Below, piece after piece: positions 54,901-64,000 of a stretch of DNA of 64,000 nucleotides (positions within the stretch are counted from its first letter, which is position 1; every line of letters begins with the position of its first letter). The DNA lies in the NCBI GenBank assembly GCA_030704615.1, contig CM060733.1, positions 23,126,001-23,190,000 of the forward strand, written 5' to 3'. This DNA comes from Takakia lepidozioides. Lineage: Eukaryota; Plantae; Bryophyta. The position numbers were made by a program, and so were the translations under genes. The notes below the pieces were generated by a model that worked only from the letters and a program-made list of their open reading frames with translations, was not told where the DNA came from and ran no database searches.

Positions 54901-55357
54901 ATTGATACCTATCAAATGGAATTCAAAAGCCAAAATATCAACCTATGGACTTATGGAAGCCACAGTCGGAGACAAATACAAATCACAACAACAATGCAGT
55001 GACATCCCTAAACCACAATGAGGATGGTGCACACATGATACTGCTCAAGAAGGAGTTCCCTCTGGGAGCTTTCCGCACTCTGGCGTCCACTTTATTGTGC
55101 ACATGTACCCAATATTGAGTGGGGCAGTCCTCCACACTCTCCTCTCCATGGACAAAGTCCGCAACTCTATCCCAAGGTATACAAGCCTTTTTAACACGCA
55201 CTTGCACCCCCCTAAACCCATATTGCGTTTCACACTTCCAATGGATGTCCTTATTGTTGAAAGGTCCTGGTTTCGATGTTTGCAGACTTTGTCGAAGAGT
55301 GCGTATAAGCCGGCTCTCAAATTGTTGCATGTCGTTGGCTTCCGCTCCTACGTCCAT
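51970..55357 (-). pseudogene. MULE-2 transposase (DDE + SWIM), spliced, with frameshifts
   Basis: IVACDATLGT (D1), PNAFIVDDADAEINVIR (D2), SLCLWHVRKAW (CxxH), SIEAYHGNLK (E), SCTCPWAMKGNLCKH (SWIM). Confidence 0.85.
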
Positions 55358-56839
55358 GCCCTGTATAGTGCAAAACACACGCTCCAGAACCTGCAACGAA
55401 AGCGCCGCAGGACACGATGGAGAACGTGCATGGAGAAACAGGACCCACGTTTACAGCTGGTGGCAGATGGCAAGCGGCAGAGATAAGGCCCTAAATTGGA
55501 GGGTTGTGATGGGATTCATCCTGGACAGCCCAGATCTTGCAGGCGGGCAGACACGCGTACACGCGGACTAGAGGGAGCGGACCTGCCGCAGCGGACTAGC
55601 CCCAGCGGACCGGCCGGTGGACGGACCGCGGGAGGGGCAGCCGCGGCAGCAGCGGCGGGCGTGGGCGACCGCGGGCAGCGGCAGGCGGGTGGGCGCGGGT
55701 GGGGGGGCGTCCGTCGTCCGGACAACGGGCCCACCGCCCTTCTCGCATGCTTGCGTTCATGACCCTATTATTGTAAAATGAGAGGCGTTGTGAATGATCG
55801 TAAAGCCATGAGGTATATGGCCTTGAAGCATTTGTGGATATAAGATATCGGGATATGAAAGTTATTGTATAGTGCATCAATGCTAGCATTATGGATACCC
55901 CCGCGAGTGCCAGCCGTGATAACGGAAAGTGGGCCAATATTCCAGCCCTTACGCCGGATAGCTAGGATAAGTGGTGCATACTTTTGCCGTTTCTCTAGGA
56001 TGGAGGAGGTAGGGTAGTGATCATGGCAAAATGTGAATTCAACAAAATGGATGGTAATATGTGGGGACGGGGAGGTGGGCACTGGGGTATTAATGGGTAG
56101 ACCATGAACAAGCAGGATGTCCGGGTAGAGCCGGACGGGGCAGGTATAAGGGGAACGTAGGCAGGTACATGGAAGTAACCACGGGGGGACAGTGTGGTCT
56201 GGGGGCCTGCCTTGATAGGTGCATGCATTAATAAGTGAGAACTAGCGGGTTTTGGATCGTTGCATAAGGAGTTTGTGGATGTATCAGACTGCATGGTTGT
56301 GACGGGTTATGTGGAGACCGTGTATAACCGGATGGGTGCACTGGCTGAGGGGTGCGGCCATGTGTCTCTAACCTGATAGGTGTGCAGACATACATGACAG
56401 TACGGTGAGGGAAATAGGCGTGGCCAGAAAACGTGTTTGCGTTGGTGACCCATATATTGAGCGTAACGGAATTGAAGTGTTTGTTTAATTTGTGCATCAG
56501 TCGTAGCATTGGAGTGCCAGAAGTGGTTGGATAGTTTGTGATGGAGTATTGTGAACTGTGTCCATTTTTAATGTTGATTTTGGTATGGCTCGCAGATGTA
56601 GTGGCTTATTGATGGGCCTCCCTAGTAAGGGTGGTAAAGAGGTTGCGTACTGGTTTAGGATCGGGAGGGTTGGGGATGGGATGTACCAGCCAGAACGGGG
56701 GGGGGGGGGGGGGGGGGGGGGGGGTGTGGATAGGGTCGTTGGTGGGATCAACAAAGGGTTCAAGAGCGCCCGTTTGAGCGAGGAGGTCAGCCTCCTCGTT
56801 ACCAGCGATGCCGGTGTGTGACCGGACTTTTAGAAAGTG

Positions 56840-58225
56840 CAGGAATGCTATTCCGTGAGCCTAGAGCTGTGAGCTTGAGAGCCCAGGAGCTCGTGAGCCC
56901 AGCATAGGCTCACGCTACGTCATCTTTGAATTCGGAACTTACAGGGCCTATTTCCGCGGGAGGCACCTATTTCCGCGGATTGATTCATCTTTTTCAGCCA
57001 TTGCAGACGACATCTTTCACATCCATCCTACCCCCGGCCCTCATCTGCCCTCATCTTATAACAGGGATTTCATTAGTGTGCGATTGTCGAAGTGAGAGAG
57101 AATAAGTGTGCTGGTTACATGAATGAGTGTGATGATTACAGGTTTTCATGAGAACATGAATCTCAGACAACAATAGTGCCATCAGTGTGTTCATACTGGG
57201 TATAAGAAGGCGCGTACAGGTTTCCATGACGAAATATATCTTAGATACAACAGTGGTTTTTTTTTTTCAAAAATTTTAATTGTTTAAAATACAAAACATG
57301 GGCCCTCAGATTTCGTTTGCGCCGGCGCATACCCGTTTTCATAAAATAAAATAAAAATCAGATTTCAGTTTTTTTCTTTTTCTTTTTTTTCTTTTTTTTC
57401 TTTTTCAGACAGTGGCCCTCAGATTTCGTATGCGCCGGCGCATACCCGTTTTCATAAAACAAAATAAAATTCAGATTTCAGTTTTTTCTTTTTTCTTTTT
57501 CTTTTTATTTTCTAAACAGGGGACAGTGGCCCTCAGATTTCGTATGCGCCGGCGCATACCGCTTTTCATGAAATAAGAGAAACTTTCAGATTTCAGTTTG
57601 TGTTTTTTTTTCTTTTTCTTTTCCCCCTCAAAACAGGGGACAGTGGCCCTCAGATGTCGTATGCGCCGGCGCATACCGCTTTTCATAAAATAGAATAAAA
57701 TTCAGATTTCAGTTTTTCTTTTCTTTTCTTTTCTTTTCTTTCCAAAACAGGGGACAGTGGCACTTAGATTTCATATGCGCCGGCGGATACCACTTTTCAT
57801 AGAATAAAATAAAATTCGGATTTCATTTCCCCGCCCCCCCCCCAAAACAGGGGACAGTGGCCCTCAGATTTCGTATGCGCCGGCGCATACCCGTTTTCAT
57901 AAAATAAAATAAAATTCATATTTCAGTTTTTTGTTTTTTAAAATTTCAAAACATGGGCAGTGGCCCAGTGGTCAGTGGTCCACTACCAGGGGTCAGGGTC
58001 CAGTGGTAAGTGGTCAATGGTTAGTCCACTAACCATTGACTAACAATGTCAGTGATTAATTGTCTTTTTTGGCCTCCTCGGATATAGGGTCGCTATACAG
58101 TCATCCGCGGAAATACGTCCCCTTTCTGCATGTTTTGACGACCCATCCAGGCTTAGAATAATATATAATTGTTATTATGGGCTCACGATTCTACGCTCAC
58201 CGCTCACCGCTCATGGCTTAGCGTC
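56840..58225. mobile_element. Non-autonomous element related to MULE-1 ends, inserted in the LINE RNase H domain
   Basis: TSD tagaaagtg (56831-39) / cagaaagtg (58226-34); terminus caggaatgctattccgtgagcc resembles the reverse complement of the MULE-1 right end (cagggatgcctcggcgtgagcc); gtgagc/gctcac subterminal repeats. Confidence 0.75.
57300..57960. repeat. Six ~100-118-bp tandem units, each with the palindrome gtatgcgccggcgcatac or a near variant
   Basis: ggccctcagatttcgtatgcgccggcgcatacc...ttttcataaaat at ~57301, 57414, 57528, 57645, 57759, 57859. Confidence 0.9.
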
Positions 58226-60784
58226 CAGAAAGTGGATGGGTTGGTCCAGGGATAGAGCGAGAGGCTATGGCAGAAATAAGGTTGCGATCTGGATGGTGGT
58301 GGTGTGAAGAGGGACAAGAGAGGTGGTTACAAATAAGATAGAGCGATGTAAGACTATCCATGAAGATATATTGTGGAGGGGAAAATTAGGGGAGTTGGGA
58401 GAGAGCTTCATAGATGGCCATATGGTGGCAGGTCCAGACAGTCTGTAAGTTGTGCCCTGGTTTGAGGCAACATGATACACGCCATAACCGGCGCTGGATC
58501 CCGTGAGGGATCCATCAGTATAGTGCGAGTGAAGCAAAGGATATTTAAGGGGCATAAGTTGGTGAGAGGGTGGGGGGGGGTGTCCGTGTAGGTAGGGGTA
58601 GGAGAGGGGCGTGGTGGCGCTTTGGCCCAGGTTTTGCTCTTGCTGATTTTGGGATTTGGTCCGGTTGGTGGGGTGTTTGGACTATGGGGTGGGGAGTAAG
58701 GAGTAGGGTGTAGGTCGGCGGTGATCGTGAGGCCGTGCGTGCTTGTGAGTAGATGGCCCAGGCGGGCGCGTATCGTTTGGGGTATGGGAGGAGAGGATGC
58801 ATGCTGGACATGTAGGAGTAGGGTGAAGGTTGGTTCAATTGGAAAACAAATGTCACCTCATGGGTATACCTGGGAAAGAAGCCAAAACAAGATAATTTAC
58901 CCCCCAGATTTCACATACAAAACAGCCTATCTGATTTTTGGAATTTTGGTCTGATTTTTTGGGGAGGCAGTAGTTTAAGTGCCATATGATCAGATTATGG
59001 AGGGCCTTTTTCTAGAAAGATTCAACTCGATACTTCAATTTTGTGGTCAAACAATTTTTTCCATGCAATTTTTGAATATATTTACAAATTGGGGCATATT
59101 GGTTTGTTATAATCTCCCGAATGCGACAGTCAATTTGCCTATGTTTTCGACAGGACATGGATCTAGTAGATATGCATATAAGTATAAGGTTCATCCCCAT
59201 GGATGATTGGGGGTAAGAAGTTACACCCTCATCCATAAGGGTATGCACCTTTTTTTAGTGGGCCCACCAAAAAATAGCTCGTCCTTTAAGGGTTAAGCAG
59301 TTATATACAAAGGGGCACTAATGAAAACATGTCATTACATGCTGAAATTTGGACGCAATATCCTCCACTTGGTATGGAGCAATTGGTCAAAAATTGGAGG
59401 GGCACCCAGAACTGCAACATGGAGAAAATTGGTGGTCAAACCAAGTTTTTCCATGAGTTCTTGTATGAGCGTACAAATTGGGGGTCGCTTCCAGATCATA
59501 ATCTGCTCATTCCAACGGTGGAATGACCTAAAAGTTTTTGACCGCATGTATGATGTAGTTACTGACAACATTGTACGGTTCATCCATGTGGATGAATTTT
59601 GGCAGCAACATACATCCACTCGAGTCAAGCCATGTTAGGTTTTTCCAAAAAATCGCGAAAAAACTCACGTCCTTTAGGGGTTAAATTCAACATGTCACAA
59701 TATTTACCGGCTCTAATCATGATACAAAACGTGATGAAGGTGTTCATCATGTGTTGTGCTATGACTGGCCATAAACCCTGCAAGAATGAGCCTGAAGTCA
59801 TAAGGGGGTCCATTTAACTTATGAACCTAGTGATTAGCAAATACACTGTAGAGACAAATATGCTAATGAATTAACTGGAAAAGATATTATAATAGTTCAA
59901 GAGTTGAAATGCAAGACCACCGACTGTTTAGACAAAGTGGCTTATCCATATATAGTGAAGTTGAAATATAGGTGTTGCAAAATTGTTGAAATCCAGAATC
60001 CACAGGCTTTACAGCTTGCCCAACTGATGAATGTGGCATGAGAAATTACAATGTTGCGTCCATATTGAGCAAAGCCACTAAACCTTCTGCATGAAAGTAG
60101 ATTGGTCCCCAACTCAATCTCACGGGTCTTTCTAACAGATGTGAGACCAAATATCGTCCTTTGCAATAGAGAGTAATGAAAGTCCGGATTAGTTCAGCAG
60201 GACAAGCCGATAGGGAGGCGGTGGGCCCCTTCTAGAAAGACCGCCTTGAGAGAGTATAGAAAGAGGGTAAGGGCTAAACTCTACAAGGTTTCTTCTGCCT
60301 CCACCTCACTTAGGTGGCCTCTGCAAGCAGGTCCCCCTTAAAAAAAGTAAAGGACGGTTACCTGAAAAAAGATTGACCTTCATAATGGACAATTACAGCA
60401 GAATGCACATACAAAAATACATTGCTCATACACATTGCACATGCGAAAATACACCATACCATACCTATATTTTTGCACATTGCACATTGAGTATAAAGCC
60501 GATGCCATAAATGCCCTTGAATTCCCTTGCCCTAACTCCACACATACACCTAGTGTGCCTTTGGAGGCTCATATAGCAGCAATACTGGTATCAATACCAA
60601 TCTGGTCCATCGCAATACAGACGGGTATGGTATATATCATAGTATCGAGCAAGGTATGTATTGCCCCTAGTATGGTATTGTCCGGGGATTGGCCCCCCTA
60701 CCTACCAGCCGGGTATGGTATTACCTACCCGGATTGATATCAGTATTGATACCCGGGTTGGACCTGTATACCCGGGTAGGACCT

Positions 60785-61440
60785 AGCCTATTGCTAAGGG
60801 TGTTGACAATGTTTGTCAAGAACCCACCCAAGTGTATTAACTAATTAATTATAGGAACAACAAAAAAGCTCATAGAATACACCTACGTGTATTAACTAAT
60901 GTTAAATGACTGTGGAAACAACAAATTTACTCACTAGCTTATGCATATTTAGGTGGTCACAGTGAGCAGGTTAGGTTGCTAAGAGTGTAGACAATGTCTA
61001 TCAAGAACACACTTAGGTGTATTAACTAATTCATGACATCAACAACAAGAAATTACTAGCTTATTATTAGGCAAATTTAGGTGGTTTAAGTTGCTAAGTG
61101 TGTGTTGACAATGTCTGTCAATAATACACTTAGATGTATTAAATAATTTTTTAATTAAATAATTAATTATAGGAACAACGAGAAATTAGTAGCTTATTAT
61201 TAGGCAAATTTAGGTGGTTTAGGTTGCTAAGTGGTATTGACAATGTCTATCAAGAACACACTAGGGTGTATTAACTAATTAATCACAGGAATAACAAGAA
61301 ATTATTAACTTATGATTATGCAAATTGAGGCACTGGATATCTAAATGTGTGTTGACAATGTCTATCATGAACACACTCATGTGTTAATTATATTTTATAG
61401 AGGTTACAACAACCTAGCTTATTATTGGGCAACAATTAGC
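60785..61440. repeat. AT-rich degenerate tandem repeat (~5 units, ~115-190 bp)
   Basis: Recurring ttgctaag.gtgttgacaatgt.t.tcaagaacacact.a.gtgtattaactaat. Confidence 0.8.
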
Positions 61441-62751
61441 AAATAATATAATTTTAACTAAATTCGGACTTTTGGCTTAAATCCGGACCAAACTTGATAT
61501 ACAACAAAATTGAGTTATATTGAATTAAGCAATGTTACTATATCGAATCCATATCGATAGTATCACAGAGTATATCGAGTATGAAACACACTAAATAGTC
61601 CTAAAATTAAATCTTAACCAAAAATTTCTATTATTCTATATAGCCCCACTCTTGATTGTGCAGCGTCCCCGCAAACACTATCGCTATTGCTAAGTTGTAG
61701 GCCTCTTAGAATGATTCCTCATATCAGGCTCTTGCGGGCGATGATCACCTCGATCAGACCCCTCCTTCTGTCCATTGGTAAAAGCAACATAGAAGTGATA
61801 TCGCAAAGACCCCCAATCGTTGTAAATGTTGGGATGAGTGTCTTGAAGAAACCCAATCAGACACATCAATTCGAAAACCCGGATCGACCTAGCTGGATGG
61901 TGCATTAATTTGGCGACAATACCAAACTCCTCTCCGCCAACCACAAGTCTATTGACATCGACCACCAGATGATACTTGTAATACCACGTCGCCAAGATTC
62001 CACAAAAGATCGATGCCATAAAGCACAAAGGATCATTATGAGCTCCATGAACAGTTTGGAAAGAGGTTAGCTATTTCATGAGCATGAGCGGAGTAGCAAG
62101 ACAATCGGTTTTCATGAGCAGAAGTACAAATTTTGGAAATAAAAAACATAAAAAACATTATTTTAATGGAATGTGTCAGAAAAAAAAAACAAATATAATA
62201 TTCATTGTTTGAAGTAAAAATTGTAGTTTTGAGAGCCGTGCTCATGATATTTCGTCTTCCGCTCATGCGAATTCCGAGCGACATCTACAAAAATGGCGCC
62301 GAATTTCGCGGTAATAGGTTCCGCAACCGGAGAAATCTGCGACGTATTTCACGGTAATAGGTGTCTCCGGCAAAAAATGGTGCCGAATTTTGCGGCTATA
62401 AATAGCTATACTAAACTCTGAAACAGAGTCGAAGAGCTTAAATTATTGATTATTAAGACTTTGTAGTAAGATTTTTGAGAAACTATCATTATACAAATTT
62501 GATGACATATTAGTTGTAGTTAATTTAATTGTCAAGGGAGTCCAGGATACAATTGAGATATAATTATATTCACATGACATGCTCAATTTTTTATTTTATT
62601 TATTTTAAAAGGAAACACCTGGGAGCGACAGCTCACAAATCAGGCCCCTTGATAGAGAGAGGAGAAAATAACCTCTCAGTAACCTCGCCATAAGGCTTTC
62701 AGATGCAACACCGCGCAGGGAAGGGGGGAGAAGAGCGTACCACACCCATTA

Positions 62752-62822
62752 AGTAGCAGAATTTGACTCCAGGGTCATCCGGATGGCACTCAGTGTACTT
62801 TACCAGCTGAGCTACTGACTGT
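62752..62822 (-). other. tRNA-derived (Gly-GCC-like) pseudogene or SINE head
   Basis: Reverse strand cagtagctcagctggtaaagtacactgagtgccatccggatgaccctggagtcaaattct: A-box, GCC, degenerate B-box; stems imperfect. Confidence 0.4.
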
Positions 62823-63302
62823 TGGTAGTAAAAATTTGAGTAAAAGTGTCAATATTGACAAGTTTGATAACTAGGGCTTCGCATTACTCCGCACTACTAG
62901 CCACGAAATCTGAGAACTGCGTTCAATTGGCACAAAAAGAGGCGGGTCATCCCCACGCATATAGTGATTCTTTTGATAATTGGAAATATATACTATGCAG
63001 AAAACATGAGGAACAATGCAAAAGTATAACATAGGCATACCCCTAAGGGGGATTTGAACCCCCTTTTCTGCCCGGTATGCAGACACCCCCCCCCCCCCCC
63101 CCCCCTCCCCCTCCCTCCGTCCCTCCCCAAGCATCAGACATCACATCAAATAACCACCCCATGTAGCTGCACTGATCGCCCTCCCGAAATAAGGAAAGAA
63201 AAAAAAACAAATCGAGAAACCCAAGCCCTCCTTAGGCCTCTCTTAGTCTCCTCAGCACTTGGCGCGCATCCTTCAGGCTCCCGCATTTAGCATACATGTT
63301 CA

Positions 63303-63910
63303 CTAAGGTATTCTCCAAATTAATATATGACCCAGTTCCAGTTTTGATAATGTCAGCATGAACCCTTTACCCTTTTCCAGGGCACATGCATTGAGAATGC
63401 AAATGAAGGTGACCAAATCAGGGGTCACCCCTACCTGTAGCATTTGCTCATAGATCTCAAAAGCTTCCTTACCAAACCCATGCTGAGCATATCCTGCAAT
63501 CATCGCACTCCAGAACAAATCCCATCTTCAAAGTGGTGAAAGCAGTTAGCGTCCCATACAAAAATTGCTCGGCCAACAATCTTTGAGATGAATTTGGTGG
63601 AGGTGTGGCAGTCACCACACACTCGAAGATTCTTGATGTGACGGAGAGGCGTCCTAGGGGTCATGCTGATCAGCCCAAAACCATTGGCCAGCTTCTCACT
63701 GTGGTGGCAAAGAGAAAACTCTTTTTCCTCCTCCCCCATTTCGCAATACAAAGCGCGTGTCAGGCACATACCCCGCCTCCTTCATCTGCCCAGACAATCT
63801 TCTCAGCTCAGCATGGATTTCCTTAATTCTGGGATGCAACTTGTCATATACAATGAAGGTGTGCACCCTGTTGCCAACCTCAATGCAGAAGCGACCTGGC
63901 TCCTGGCTCC
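63303..63910 (-). pseudogene. PPR-DYW (PLS class) pseudogene fragment
   Basis: EPGR..IEVGNRVHTF...YVPDTRFV; HSEKLA...[10 protein letters not shown]...[10 protein letters not shown]; followed by [12 protein letters not shown]...PDLVTFICILNAC; frameshifts. Confidence 0.85.
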
Positions 63911-63914
63911 TTTC

Positions 63915-64000
63915 CAACGACGCTACCGCGTGAGCCTGGCGCGTGAGCGTGTGAGCGTACGCTCACACAATGATGACGTGGCGTGAGCCTACGCTCACGC
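63915..64000. mobile_element. Terminus of another MULE-1-family element (runs out of the window)
   Basis: caacgacgctaccgcgtgagc...gagcgtacgctcac...tgacgtggcgtgagc matches the MULE-1 left end at 30650. Confidence 0.75.

Larger units (their letters stand above)
43049..55786. mobile_element. MULE-2: Mutator-like element (12.7 kb) with long GC-rich TIRs
   Basis: TIR gcctctcattttacaataatagggtcatgaacgcaagc... (~235 bp left, ~320 bp right); 9-bp TSD gctgtgaat (43040-48) / gttgtgaat (55787-95). Confidence 0.92.
30543..58836 (-). mobile_element. 5'-truncated Dualen/RandI-like LINE (RNase H + Zn-knuckle region + restriction-like endonuclease), ~1.9 kb own sequence split by four insertions
   Basis: 12-bp TSD aattggaaaaca (30531-30542, 58837-58848); YTDGS and KVRSHTGIAGNEEADLLA (RNase H, rejoined across 56840-58225); RHNHAV; PDILL...FVEFTFCHD...EKRQKY (RLE); C-terminus RSFTAIITNKRQLESPGSDPTPP* rejoined across two insertions. 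Confidence 0.75.
30184..59292. mobile_element. Inner non-autonomous TTAA-target element with the same TIR type, nested in the outer one
   Basis: TTAA|cccctaaaggacga at 30180 and tcgtcctttaaggg|TTAA ending 59296 (one TIR mismatch). Confidence 0.65.
29784..59680. mobile_element. Outer non-autonomous TTAA-target (piggyBac-like) element, ~0.8 kb own sequence
   Basis: TTAA|cccctaaaggacg at 29780 and cgtcctttagggg|TTAA ending 59684: perfect 13-bp TIR flanked by TTAA. Confidence 0.7.

Noticed and set aside
57300-57960. CRISPR-like repeat-spacer look
   Set aside because: Spacers are homologous T-tract sequences rather than unique; no cas genes; eukaryotic context
60551-61592. Possible hAT MITE (TAGTGTG...CACACTA)
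   Set aside because: Only a 7-bp inverted match and no 8-bp TSD in the flanks
61690-62028. 112-aa ORF
   Set aside because: No recognisable motif or splice support

Overview
Eukaryotic nuclear DNA from a land plant, probably a non-seed plant (inferred from gene style and TE families). Left half (1-28.1 kb): intron-containing housekeeping genes (eIF2B-gamma 5' part, Fes1/HspBP1, eIF4A, RPL37, a subgroup-IVb bHLH, IMP1 peptidase) plus ABC1K and GST pseudogenes. 29.8-59.7 kb is a nested transposon stack whose layers can be reconstructed from target-site duplications (TSDs). Two nested TTAA/CCC-ended (piggyBac-like) non-autonomous elements contain a 5'-truncated RNaseH+RLE (Dualen-like) LINE with a 12-bp TSD. 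Four DNA elements inserted into that LINE: (i) an 11.5-kb Mutator-like element with a GCM-like/DDE/SWIM transposase and a divergently transcribed, spliced gene with a ParB/Srx-like domain and a prokaryote-type beta-class DNA amino-methyltransferase fold, with six long palindromes in one intron; (ii) a small MITE; (iii) a 12.7-kb MULE with a Ulp1-protease gene, rich in CAGAC motifs; (iv) a non-autonomous relative of (i) with six palindrome-bearing repeats. The window ends with tandem repeats, a PPR-DYW pseudogene and the end of another element of family (i). The main candidate novelty is the ParB-MTase-carrying MULE. This copy appears disabled by stops and frameshifts. All protein calls come from motif recognition by eye; no searches were run.
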